64,000 bases of DNA, taken from assembly GCA_031425295.1 (NCBI GenBank), contig JANPJB010000007.1:1459-65458 (forward strand), given 5' to 3'. The translations under genes were made by a program, and so were the position numbers. Positions 9,930 through 19,074 of this stretch are shown piece by piece. Under the pieces are notes generated by a model that saw nothing but the letters and a program-made list of their open reading frames with translations, made no database searches and was not told where the DNA came from. The DNA is from Flavobacterium sp. GTDB taxonomy: Bacteria; Bacteroidota; Bacteroidia; Flavobacteriales; Flavobacteriaceae. Within the stretch, counting starts at the first letter, position 1, and each line of letters starts with the position of its first letter.

Positions 9930-10571
9930 TCATTTACTGAAATATTTCCTCCAAAACTGAAAACCTTGGAAAATTCCAAGTCCGACAAAAATCGCCGGAA
10001 TGATATACAGCATAACATACTTGGTCAAAAATTCGGTTTGTGCAGTAAGCTGCGCCAGTGACAAAATCAAAACCATCATGCCCGCGAAAGTCCCCAAAAG
10101 TGTGCCCACGAGATACGTGAATTGCTGCCCGTTTTTGATGTCAATGTAGCGGCCGTTGAGCATATACAGATTCCAGCCTGTCCAAAATGGCAGTTGTATG
10201 AAATTGAAAGCGCTCAACAAAATACCAATCACAAATGGGGAATATTTCAAATATTTTTCGAGTAACTGCTGCTGTGTCTGCGGATGTTGCGCACTGCTGT
10301 AAAACATGAACGCTAAAACAAACATGAAGATTACGGTGAATGCTTCAATGTATTTTAGGAGCCTTTTTTGACGCATCAATTGTTCGGCGAAAACCAAGGT
10401 ACCGTAAATCACAAGCCCTTCAATCGCAATCACGCCGAGTAAAAACGGAATCAAGCTTTCTAAACCCGCATATCGGTACAACTCAAAACCGATCACATTC
10501 AGATAACCCAATGGAATTGATCCGAGAAAACTCACCAAAAATCCAAACGCTATGTTCTTAAAGGTTTTCAT
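9930..10571 (-). CDS. LysE/RhtB-like membrane exporter
   Basis: Likely start MKTFKNIAFG at 10571; GSIPLGYLN resembles the LysE N-terminal motif; several hydrophobic helices; 1 bp from the upstream gene. Confidence 0.6.
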   Translation of the reverse strand: MKTFKNIAFGFLVSFLGSIPLGYLNVIGFELYRYAGLESLIPFLLGVIAIEGLVIYGTLVFAEQLMRQKRLLKYIEAFTVIFMFVLAFMFYSSAQHPQTQQQLLEKYLKYSPFVIGILLSAFNFIQLPFWTGWNLYMLNGRYIDIKNGQQFTYLVGTLLGTFAGMMVLILSLAQLTAQTEFLTKYVMLYIIPAIFVGLGIFQGFQFWRKYFSK

Positions 10572-10572
10572 G

Positions 10573-11607
10573 TCAGAAATCGAGGATTTTTTTGCTCTGC
10601 GCCAAATGCATACGATATTCTGCCATACCGACTTTATGCGACAAGTAAGGCACACCGTTCTTATGATTCGCGGCACTGATTTCGAACATATATCGGATGT
10701 GTCTGATAAGTTCTTTCCAAGCGAAAAAGATCGAATGTTTCGGATCGTAAATGTGGGTGGGTTCACTCGCGGCGCCGTTGAGCTCAACAACTGCGAAGTT
10801 TTTTCCTTGCTCGAGTTCTTCCAAAGTGTTGTACATTAAGTCGAGCCTGCCAAAATAAAAACCTGGAATTTGCAAGCACATTTCGTTGATGACTTCATTG
10901 AGTTTGGGCGAAATCCAATCGCTATTGTCTAGGAATTTGGCACCGCGGATATGATTCCCATAAGGCACCAAATTGCGCTGCTCGCCCTTTTGCAAAACCG
11001 TCTGCAGTTCGGTTCCATATTCTTTTTGAAGCACGGCAAGCTGCATTTCATGACGCGGGTCTTTTTTGATTAAGGTTTCGATCGTCGCCTGTCCGTCGCC
11101 GGTCACGATCAAGAATTCTTTGGCAACGATGCCTGTAATCCTGCCTGTTTTTTCGTGAGGATAACGCACGTAGAAAACGCCGATTTCGTTTGGAAACGGA
11201 ATTAACGCCTGCACCAGAAAATCGAAATTGGCTTTTTCGCAGTAGGTTTTGAGTTGATTTTGATTCTCGATTTTCTTCACCGCTGAGCCGCGCAAACCAA
11301 TGTCAGGCTTGGCGATTAAGGGAAACTGTAGTCCGAGTTGTTGTACTTTTTCAAGCACTTCGTTCAATGGCGTGCCTGCTGCAATCAAGTCTGTATTGGG
11401 ATAATAGCGTTGCGGAATTAGGTTATAAATCTGTTTTTTCGACTCCATCATGAAGCCCCCGTTTTTGATACTCGGGTTAGACGCATTGTAGAAGAAGATC
11501 GTTCTGGCTTTGAGTGCGTAATACACCCACAAAAAATAAATTGGAATGTACACGATGTGCATCGGCCAATATTCCCAGTGGAGCAATTTATGGAGGAAGA
11601 GTTTCAA
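10573..11607 (-). CDS. ATP-grasp ligase (D-Ala-D-Ala ligase-like annotation class; CphA/GshF-like insert)
   Basis: FPLIAKPDIG, LVQALIP, GDGQATIETLI, GRLDL, VELNG ATP-grasp motifs; TTG start. Confidence 0.8.
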   Translation of the reverse strand: MKLFLHKLLHWEYWPMHIVYIPIYFLWVYYALKARTIFFYNASNPSIKNGGFMMESKKQIYNLIPQRYYPNTDLIAAGTPLNEVLEKVQQLGLQFPLIAKPDIGLRGSAVKKIENQNQLKTYCEKANFDFLVQALIPFPNEIGVFYVRYPHEKTGRITGIVAKEFLIVTGDGQATIETLIKKDPRHEMQLAVLQKEYGTELQTVLQKGEQRNLVPYGNHIRGAKFLDNSDWISPKLNEVINEMCLQIPGFYFGRLDLMYNTLEELEQGKNFAVVELNGAASEPTHIYDPKHSIFFAWKELIRHIRYMFEISAANHKNGVPYLSHKVGMAEYRMHLAQSKKILDF

Positions 11608-11616
11608 ATTGGTTGG

Positions 11617-11658
11617 GAGTTGTGGGTTGTGGGTTGTGAGTTGTGAGTTGTGAGTTGT
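11617..11658. repeat. Heptamer tandem repeat G(A/G)GTTGT x6
   Basis: gagttgt gggttgt gggttgt gagttgt gagttgt gagttgt read directly. Confidence 0.9.
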
Positions 11659-11832
11659 CGGTTATTGGTTTAAAAAGTTCAATTACAGTTTAAACACATT
11701 ACAAAACCGGGCCGCGTGAGATTTAGCTTCGCTCAGTTCGGCTATGCCTTGGGTGATATTAAGAGGAGGAAGTCCGGTGGACTTCAGGTATTTTTCTAGA
11801 TTTTATTTTATGAATTAAAGTCATCGTTAAAC

Positions 11833-11980
11833 TTGGATTGCGTGAGGGATTACTTCTCTGGCTAATATTTTAATAGGTGTTCAGTGAACTTCGTTTGCAG
11901 CATTGTCTGAGCTCTTTTTGCGCAGTGAAACGGAGCAAAAAAGCGAGTGCGAAAAGCCCGACCCTTGTGGTCACGCCCCA
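11833..11980. repeat. GC-richer structured intergenic element (MITE/REP-like candidate)
   Basis: Imperfect inverted ends TTGGATTGCGTG...CACGCCCAA; internal inverted repeats CTTTTTGC/GCAAAAAAG and GACC/GGTC; single copy in this window. Confidence 0.4.
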
Positions 11981-11983
11981 AAA

Positions 11984-12691
11984 TCAAACTTGGATAAAGG
12001 TATTATAAAAATCTTTCTGTTCGATCAGATCGTGGTGGCGAATCGTCACTTTATTTTGCGTGATGACCGTTTGCGTGATGCTGAGCGTCTGGAGCTTGTT
12101 GCCGCGGTTGATAATGAGCCCGTGTTCTTGATCCTCGGTTTCGGTATAACGGTGAAAATCGAACATTTGCTGTGGACTGACATTGGGTTGGGTTTCTAAA
12201 AAATTGGCAAACCATTGCGCACGTTGCTCTCGAATCGGTTTTGCGTATAATGGCGACGATGACCAGATGTAATTTTGCGTGGGATCGAGTGTTATTTTTT
12301 CTTTTTCGGAACCATTCCAGCGCAGTTGATATAGCTTTTGGTTTTGGTATAATATAATCGTTAACGGCTCTATATTGTCGAGATCAATGGTCTCCCAAGT
12401 GTTAATCGCCGAGTCAGCACTGAGCAAATCGAGTACGATCAAGCCACGACTTCTGCGATATGGCGGACTCCACTGGTGTTTTTCAGCGGCCCCGTTGAGC
12501 AGTACGAGCGCGTTGGCATCTTCATCAACGGCAAACCAAGTGCCGCCAGCCTTAGGATCTTTGGGAAAACAGAGGTTTTTGGTATTGACTAAATAATTTT
12601 TTGGTGGCATCGCGGGTCTGATGCTTTGCTCATCGCGGTTCGAGGTAATGATAATTTCAGCATTGGAACAGACGAAACTTACTGTGCACAT
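11984..12691 (-). CDS. NRDE/TANGO2-family protein (Ntn-hydrolase-like fold)
   Basis: N-terminal MCT, literal SNRDE motif, GGTW, LLNG, SRGLI. Confidence 0.92.
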   Translation of the reverse strand: MCTVSFVCSNAEIIITSNRDEQSIRPAMPPKNYLVNTKNLCFPKDPKAGGTWFAVDEDANALVLLNGAAEKHQWSPPYRRSRGLIVLDLLSADSAINTWETIDLDNIEPLTIILYQNQKLYQLRWNGSEKEKITLDPTQNYIWSSSPLYAKPIREQRAQWFANFLETQPNVSPQQMFDFHRYTETEDQEHGLIINRGNKLQTLSITQTVITQNKVTIRHHDLIEQKDFYNTFIQV

Positions 12692-13167
12692 TGGTTTCTA
12701 TATTCGATGGTAGAACGTGCGACGCCAAAATTGCTGTCGATATTAATGTGCGCCAGTTGCAACAGCGCTACTTTTATGAGCGCTTGATGGTGGATGCAAT
12801 GCTCGAGATTGTAAACCAATTCGCGGTAGTAATTGGTGCTGATGCTGATGGCTTCGCCTTCGATGGTTTGCTGCAGTTCGAGATTTTTATTGGCTTTGTC
12901 GAGGTTATTTAAAACTGTTGTAATCGCCTGTTGCGCGGATATGATATCGGTTTGAATTGCATAATCGCGTTTTCTGAGGTCGTAATTGATGGTAGCTGAA
13001 TCGTATTGGCTGTCGAGACACTGGAACATTTCGATGATGTGTCGTGTGTGTTCCCCGATCGTAGCGCCACTGAGTCCGAAGCAAGAAGCGGTATAATCTT
13101 CATTCGACAGTTTCGACAATAAATCGGTCAATTCGCCCAGCGCTTTGTGTATGGAAGGAAATAGCAT
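12679..13167 (-). CDS. DinB/YfiT-superfamily protein
   Basis: TIGEHTRHI and EHCIHHQA metal-binding His pattern; 162 aa; overlaps the NRDE start. Confidence 0.85.
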   Translation of the reverse strand: MLFPSIHKALGELTDLLSKLSNEDYTASCFGLSGATIGEHTRHIIEMFQCLDSQYDSATINYDLRKRDYAIQTDIISAQQAITTVLNNLDKANKNLELQQTIEGEAISISTNYYRELVYNLEHCIHHQALIKVALLQLAHINIDSNFGVARSTIEYRNQCAQ

Positions 13168-13234
13168 AATGTTGTTTTTTGACCTGATATACGGTTTCGA
13201 AAAGCGTTCAGTTTTTCAGGTATGAATTTAAGAA

Positions 13235-13624
13235 TTAAATTTTAAAACGCAGTAAATCGGGAATTTTATTTTTGTGTTGCCATATGAGTAAGGCACAACA
13301 GGTAAAAGTGATTGCTGCAAGGACGAATAAGGTCCCGCCATCGTTTTTGACTGCAATTCCTAATATAAAAACATGAGAAACAATCGCTCCGAACATGGTT
13401 CCTAGTCCGAGCAGCGCGCCTAATAATGTGGTTCTTGGTATTAAAATCAGTATTGACGCTATGAGTTCGATGACGCCCGAACCGATTCTGCCGTAAGGCT
13501 CAGCGCCCAAAGTTGTGAAAATGTAAACGCTTTCTTCAGCGCCGGTGAATTTAAAATATAAGGTTTGTACGAGGATGATGACTGCGAGGAGTTTAACCGT
13601 CCCGCTGACAATTGGATTTTTCAT
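13235..13624 (-). CDS. DoxX-like membrane protein
   Basis: Four hydrophobic helices, KFTG, GRIGSG..EL, GAI.SH motifs. Confidence 0.8.
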   Translation of the reverse strand: MKNPIVSGTVKLLAVIILVQTLYFKFTGAEESVYIFTTLGAEPYGRIGSGVIELIASILILIPRTTLLGALLGLGTMFGAIVSHVFILGIAVKNDGGTLFVLAAITFTCCALLIWQHKNKIPDLLRFKI

Positions 13625-13686
13625 TTTGGATTTTGTTTGTTGGATTTTTAGCGCTCAATTCTAAGAAAGTCAGTGATTAATGTTTA

Positions 13687-14148
13687 CTAATTGCTGATTC
13701 TCTTCCAGTTGGTATCGGCTTTCTTTTTCAGGCTGGTTTCGTCTTTGTTCCAGCTTTTGAGTGTGTTGTTGAAATAAGCGTTGTAGAATAGATACAGTTT
13801 CCCGTCGACGATTTTGAAAGTTTCCGGGTTGATCTCTACTTTCTCTGCGTTACTCCCCATGGCGTAAGCGCACCAGCCGCCATATTGCGGCTCGAAGGTC
13901 ACAGGGTTTTTAAGGAAAGCATCCTTATTGGCTGCCGTTGAAAATTGGTAGATGACACCTTCATACGATGCAACGATTTCTTTTTTGCCTTTGATGGCTT
14001 TCGATTGTTTGAAATAGGCGACCGGATCATAGCCTTGCAGCGCGGTCTTTTTTTCAAGGTTGAAATGCGCTGCTCTTTTGGAAGCTGACTGTGCGCATGC
14101 CGCAACCGATAGAAATGCTACGCATAAGATCAAGATTTGTTTTTTCAT
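13687..14148 (-). CDS. Exported YHS-domain protein (Cys form of the YHS selenoprotein-type family)
   Basis: Likely start MKKQILIL at 14148 with signal peptide (VAAC possible lipobox); ALQGYDPVAYF, PQYGGWCAYAM; the Cys codon is TGC. Confidence 0.85.
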   Translation of the reverse strand: MKKQILILCVAFLSVAACAQSASKRAAHFNLEKKTALQGYDPVAYFKQSKAIKGKKEIVASYEGVIYQFSTAANKDAFLKNPVTFEPQYGGWCAYAMGSNAEKVEINPETFKIVDGKLYLFYNAYFNNTLKSWNKDETSLKKKADTNWKRISN

Positions 14149-14178
14149 GTTACTTTTAAGTATTGCTGTTTTACGATA

Positions 14179-14223
14179 CAAAAGTAGCGCGGAACCAAAA
14201 CCAGAAATGTCGGCTGTTTTACA
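14179..14223 (-). promoter_or_regulatory. Promoter of YHS operon: -7 box and Crp/Fnr-like site
   Basis: Minus strand TACTTTTG (14186-14179) and TGTAA-aacagc-CGACA (14223-14208), a TGT-N10-ACA site centred near -41/-42. Confidence 0.6.
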
Positions 14224-14328
14224 AAACCGGTCAAATAAATAAATTGATTTACCATCCGGTTTTCGCAAAGTGTATTTTTCAAAGCAAGTAATGCAGGAAA
14301 ACTGCCTCGTTCTTGACCCTTAAATTGA

Positions 14329-15021
14329 TTACAATTTACTAATATCGGGAATCAATATTTCCTTTCTATTGTAGTGAATTAAACCTGAAGATTCAAGTTC
14401 ACTCAGCAATTGCGTCGCCGTTTGTCGCGATGTGCAGATAATTTGAGCAATATCGTTTTGGGTTAGATAATTCTCTATCGTTACTTGATTGCCGACTTTT
14501 TTCCCTTCCCGTTCGGACCAATCCTTAAGGAATTGATGCATTCTGGTTTTCGCGTCTTTAGACACCAAATTCGAATAATTATTTTTGATGCGCTTCATTT
14601 TGAGTCCAACAAACTTCGTATACGACAAAGCCAAACTGGGGTTCCGCAGCAACAAATCTTCGAAGTCCGACATTAGGAAACTACAGATCGCAACCTCATC
14701 GGTTAACGCCTTAGCGTATTCATTAGAATTGGTGTCGTTTTCGAGCGTTAATTCGCCGAATAAATCGCCTTTTTGGATGATGTCTTTAATGGTTTCGTTA
14801 CCGTTTTCATCAATCGAAACAATTTTGATATTGCCTTTCTTGAGCAAGAAAATCCGCGGCACTTCCGAGGAAGAAAAATAAATAACTTCGCCTTTTTTGG
14901 CTTTCTTAAATCCGGTAATGATGCACAGTTGCCGGATCTGTGAAAAACTCAAGACACGAAATAGCTTGTGGTCGCGCAGGTACCAATACTTCAATTCTTC
15001 AAAGGTGGACATTGAACTCAT
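14329..15021 (-). CDS. Crp/Fnr-family transcription regulator
   Basis: cNMP-binding-like domain (GDLFGE) and HTH (LTQNDIAQIICTSRQTATQLL); no N-terminal FNR Cys cluster. Confidence 0.92.
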   Translation of the reverse strand: MSSMSTFEELKYWYLRDHKLFRVLSFSQIRQLCIITGFKKAKKGEVIYFSSSEVPRIFLLKKGNIKIVSIDENGNETIKDIIQKGDLFGELTLENDTNSNEYAKALTDEVAICSFLMSDFEDLLLRNPSLALSYTKFVGLKMKRIKNNYSNLVSKDAKTRMHQFLKDWSEREGKKVGNQVTIENYLTQNDIAQIICTSRQTATQLLSELESSGLIHYNRKEILIPDISKL

Positions 15022-15133
15022 AGCGTAAAAGTAACCAAATTTGAAATAAAAAAACCATTAAGAAATTAAGTTTCATCAAGTCGGAACCAACTTAATTTTA
15101 ATCTCTTAATGGCTTTTAAGAATCTATATCCTT

Positions 15134-16273
15134 TTACGAAACCAATCCTCTAGAAATCACAATACGTTGAATCTCAGAAGTGCCTTCATAAATCTGCGTA
15201 ATTTTAGAATCGCGCATCATTCTTTCAACGTGATATTCGGCGACATAGCCGTTGCCTCCGTGAATTTGAACGGCTTCGTTAGCGACTTCCAATGCAATTT
15301 CAGAAGCGTATAATTTCGCCATAGCACCCGAATGTGAAATATCTTTGCCTTCGTCTTTTTCGCAAGCGGCTTTCATGATTAGCAATTTTGCGGCTGTAAT
15401 TTTTACGTACATATCGGCAAGCTTAAATGCGATCACTTGGTGATTGAATATTTCTTTCCCAAATGCTTTGCGTTCGTGCGAATATTTTAATGCGAGTTCA
15501 TAAGCACCTGTTGCGATTCCCAATGCTTGCGATGCGATTCCGATTCTGCCGCCATTCAAAACGTTCATCGCGAAATTGAATCCAAATCCGTCCGCGCCAA
15601 TTCTGTTTTCTTTAGGTACTTTGACATCGGTAAACATCAACGAATGCGTATCGGAACCACGGATTCCCATTTTCTTTTCTTTGATGCCCACTTCAAAACC
15701 AGGCCAACCTTTTTCTACGATGAAAGCGTTGATTCCTTTGTGTTTTTTCTCGACATCGGTCTGCGCGATAACCAAATACGTTGAAGCCGTCGCACCGTTG
15801 GTAATCCAGTTTTTGGTACCATTGAGTACGTAATGGTCGCCTTGATCGATCGCGGTTGTTTTTTGTGAAGTCGCATCTGATCCCGCTTCAGGTTCCGACA
15901 GACAAAAAGCGCCAATAACTTCCCCTTTGGCTAGTGGCACAAGGTATTTCATTTTTTGTTCTTCGTTGCAGTATTTTTCCAAACCGGCACATACGAGCGA
16001 ATTATTAACCGACATGATGACGGCTGCTGATGCATCAACTTTAGCAATCTCGGTCATTGCCAGAACATAAGATATACTGTCTAGACCTGAACCACCGTAC
16101 TTCGGATCGACCATCATGCCCATAAAGCCGAGGTCCGCCATCATTTTGATCTGTTCGGTTGGAAACTTGGCATGTTCGTCTCTTTCGATAACGCCGGGCA
16201 ACAATTCGGTTTGAGCGAAATCTTTTGCGGCTTGTTGAATCATTAAGTGCTCTTCGGTAAGGTTGAAATCCAT
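15134..16273 (-). CDS. Acyl-CoA dehydrogenase (short-chain/butyryl type)
   Basis: FCLSEPEAGSDA, NGTKNWITNG, KMGIRGS, QIHGGNGY, IYEGTSEIQR. Confidence 0.95.
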   Translation of the reverse strand: MDFNLTEEHLMIQQAAKDFAQTELLPGVIERDEHAKFPTEQIKMMADLGFMGMMVDPKYGGSGLDSISYVLAMTEIAKVDASAAVIMSVNNSLVCAGLEKYCNEEQKMKYLVPLAKGEVIGAFCLSEPEAGSDATSQKTTAIDQGDHYVLNGTKNWITNGATASTYLVIAQTDVEKKHKGINAFIVEKGWPGFEVGIKEKKMGIRGSDTHSLMFTDVKVPKENRIGADGFGFNFAMNVLNGGRIGIASQALGIATGAYELALKYSHERKAFGKEIFNHQVIAFKLADMYVKITAAKLLIMKAACEKDEGKDISHSGAMAKLYASEIALEVANEAVQIHGGNGYVAEYHVERMMRDSKITQIYEGTSEIQRIVISRGLVS

Positions 16274-16635
16274 TTGCTGAGTAATAAGTGGGTGTTTTTA
16301 ATCGGATTCAAATGTATAATATAAAAGTTAAAATTTCAAACGTTTTCGTGATTTTAGATTTTGTCTAATGGCGCTCCTGAAATTTGAATTTATCCAAAAA
16401 CAAAAAGCACCTACAATCGCAGATGCTTTTCATGATCATCAGAAATAAACTACTGTTTAATCATCCGGATGGATTGTGCTTTACCGCCTTGTGACCAGGT
16501 AAGTTGTAAATTGGAATTAGAATTCGCGAACTCTGATTAGAATTTTAATATATTGATTATCATAAATTTAGCTAATAGCAAAACAAACCTACAAATTATA
16601 AATTAGCATTTGATCGATTTTCGTATTTTTAAACC

Positions 16636-17712
16636 ATGATTAAAGACCATTACAATATCATTGGCGTGATGAGTGGCACTTCGCTCGATGGTGTCGATTT
16701 AGCACAGATTCAATTCAAGCTGCGCAACGAACAATGGGAGTTTGAGATCTTAGCCTGCGAAACGGTAGCGTACGAACAAAACATACTGCATCAATTGAAA
16801 GCCGCCGTTAATTACAGTCAAGACCAACTTCACGATCTCAATCAAAATTACACAAAGCTTTTAGGGAAAATCATTTTCGATTTCATTCAAAAACACAAAC
16901 TTAAAGCCATTGATGCAGTTTGTTCCCACGGGCATACGATTCTGCACCAACCGCAAAACGGGTTCACATTACAAATTGGCAACCTTCCCGAAATTGCGAT
17001 TTACTGCGATCAGAAAGTAGTTTGTGATTTTAGGGTTCAAGATGTAAAACTCGGCGGACAAGGCGCACCGCTCGTTCCGATAGGCGATAGAATATTATTT
17101 GCTGCATATGACTATTGTTTGAATTTGGGCGGTTTCGCGAATGTTTCGTTTGAAACCAACGCAAAGAGAATCGCTTTTGATATTTCACCTGTAAATACCG
17201 TTTTGAATTTTTACGCCAACAAGCTCGGTTTCGAATATGATGACAAAGGCATGAAAGCGCGGTCAGGAAAGTTGAACACGGTGCTGTTAGATGCGTTGAA
17301 CCAGCTCGACTTCTACGAAAAATCGTTTCCGAAATCATTGGGTTTTGAATATGTAGCGGAAGTCGTTTTACCATTGATCGAATCGCACAACCTTTCCATC
17401 GAAGATAAAATGCACACTTTTACGGAGCATGTCGCGATTCAAATCGCATCGGCATTGCCTATAAAAACTGGGAAGATTTTAGTGACCGGCGGCGGTGCTT
17501 ATAACGATTTTCTGCTGCAGCGCATGCAATATCATCTACCGCAAATGGAGATCATTATTCCGACCCAAAAAATACTCGAATTCAAAGAAGCACTCATTTT
17601 TGGATTGCTAGGCGTTCTAAAATTGCGTGACGAGATCAACGTGTTGAGCAGCGTTACTGGCGCAAAACACGACCACAGTGCCGGCGAAATTTATAGTAAT
17701 ATTTTGCTTTAG
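16636..17712 (+). CDS. anmK: Anhydro-N-acetylmuramic acid kinase
   Basis: GVMSGTSLDGVD, SHGHT, DFRVQDV..GGQGAPLVP, LNLGGFAN, GGGAYN, KEA..F. Confidence 0.93.
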   Translation: MIKDHYNIIGVMSGTSLDGVDLAQIQFKLRNEQWEFEILACETVAYEQNILHQLKAAVNYSQDQLHDLNQNYTKLLGKIIFDFIQKHKLKAIDAVCSHGHTILHQPQNGFTLQIGNLPEIAIYCDQKVVCDFRVQDVKLGGQGAPLVPIGDRILFAAYDYCLNLGGFANVSFETNAKRIAFDISPVNTVLNFYANKLGFEYDDKGMKARSGKLNTVLLDALNQLDFYEKSFPKSLGFEYVAEVVLPLIESHNLSIEDKMHTFTEHVAIQIASALPIKTGKILVTGGGAYNDFLLQRMQYHLPQMEIIIPTQKILEFKEALIFGLLGVLKLRDEINVLSSVTGAKHDHSAGEIYSNILL

Positions 17713-17765
17713 TTTTTCTACTTTAAAAAATTACATTTGCATCACAAAAAAAAGCAACATTTTTA

Positions 17766-18992
17766 ATGAAAGATTTACTCAAGAAATTCGAAGATAAAAC
17801 CCCTGAAATCATTTTTAACTGGAAAGATGCTGAAACCGAAGCCGAAGGTTGGACAGTCATCAATTCGCTTCGCGGCGGCGCTGCTGGCGGTGGAACCAGA
17901 ATGAGAAAAGGACTCGACGTCAATGAAGTGCTCTCGCTTGCCAAAACCATGGAAGTCAAGTTCTCCGTTTCCGGCCCGGCGATTGGCGGTGCGAAATCGG
18001 GCATCAATTTCGACCCCACGGATCCGCGCAAAAAAGGCGTTTTACAGCGTTGGTATAAAGCCGTTTCACCTTTGTTGAAAAGCTATTACGGCACCGGTGG
18101 CGATTTAAACGTCGATGAAATTCATGAAGTGATTCCAATGACCGAAGAATGTGGTGTTTGGCATCCGCAAGAAGGCGTGTTCAACGGGCATTTCAAACCC
18201 ACGGAAGCTGATAAAATCAACCGCATCGGGCAATTGCGTCAAGGCGTTGTGAAAGTCATCGAAAACCCGAAATTCTCGCCGGATGTAGCCAGAAAATATA
18301 CAATTGCCGATATGATTACAGGTTATGGCGTTGCCGAAGCGGTGCGTCATTATTACAGTATTTATGGCGGTAATGCAAAAGGCAAAAAAGCCATCGTTCA
18401 AGGATTTGGAAATGTAGGTTCTGCAGCGGCTTTCTATCTCGCGGAAATGGGTGTCAAAATCGTCGGAATTATTGATCGCGATGGCGGTGTAATAAATGAA
18501 AACGGCTTCACCTTCGAACAAATCAGAACTTTATTCCTCAATAAGGATGGCAACAAATTGGTCGCTTTCAACATGATTCCTTTTGAAGAAATCAATGCTA
18601 AAATCTGGTCTTTGGGCGCCGAGATTTTCACACCTTGTGCAGCTTCGCGATTGGTTACCCAAAGTCAGATTGACGCGATGGCCGCTTCAGGTCTCGAAGT
18701 CATTTCGTGTGGTGCGAATGTGCCATTTGCCGATAAGGAAATTTTCTTCGGTTCGATCATGGAGCAAGTCGATCAGAAAATCAGCCTGATTCCGGATTTT
18801 ATTTCGAATTGCGGTATGGCACGTGTCTTCGCTTATTTCATGGAAAAGAAAGTGCAGATGACGGATGAAGCCATTTTTGCCGACACCTCGAACATCATTA
18901 AAAATGCGATCCAGAAAGCACATGATTTGAATCCATCGAAAACCAATATCAGTGCTACGGCTTTCGAAATTGCACTTAAACAATTGGTATAA
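17766..18992 (+). CDS. Glu/Leu/Phe/Val dehydrogenase family protein
   Basis: GGGTRM, GGAKSG, TGYGV, QGFGNVG, GANVPF, PDF..NCG. Confidence 0.9.
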   Translation: MKDLLKKFEDKTPEIIFNWKDAETEAEGWTVINSLRGGAAGGGTRMRKGLDVNEVLSLAKTMEVKFSVSGPAIGGAKSGINFDPTDPRKKGVLQRWYKAVSPLLKSYYGTGGDLNVDEIHEVIPMTEECGVWHPQEGVFNGHFKPTEADKINRIGQLRQGVVKVIENPKFSPDVARKYTIADMITGYGVAEAVRHYYSIYGGNAKGKKAIVQGFGNVGSAAAFYLAEMGVKIVGIIDRDGGVINENGFTFEQIRTLFLNKDGNKLVAFNMIPFEEINAKIWSLGAEIFTPCAASRLVTQSQIDAMAASGLEVISCGANVPFADKEIFFGSIMEQVDQKISLIPDFISNCGMARVFAYFMEKKVQMTDEAIFADTSNIIKNAIQKAHDLNPSKTNISATAFEIALKQLV

Positions 18993-19074
18993 GCTTTAAG
19001 TATTTTGGAAACAATTTTTAGTATATTTATTCGTTTTTAAAAATAATCCGGTTCATTAAATCAGCACAAGTATT

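Noticed and set aside
9930-10790. 286-aa version of the LysE-like ORF overlapping the ATP-grasp gene
   Set aside because: The extension is hydrophilic shadow sequence inside the ligase gene; the ATG at 10571 directly follows the ligase stop.
13687-14268. Selenocysteine in the YHS protein; longer 193-aa start
   Set aside because: The GGWCAY codon is TGC, not TGA. The extended N-terminus overlaps the promoter and Crp-like site, and MKKQILIL at 14148 gives a proper signal peptide.
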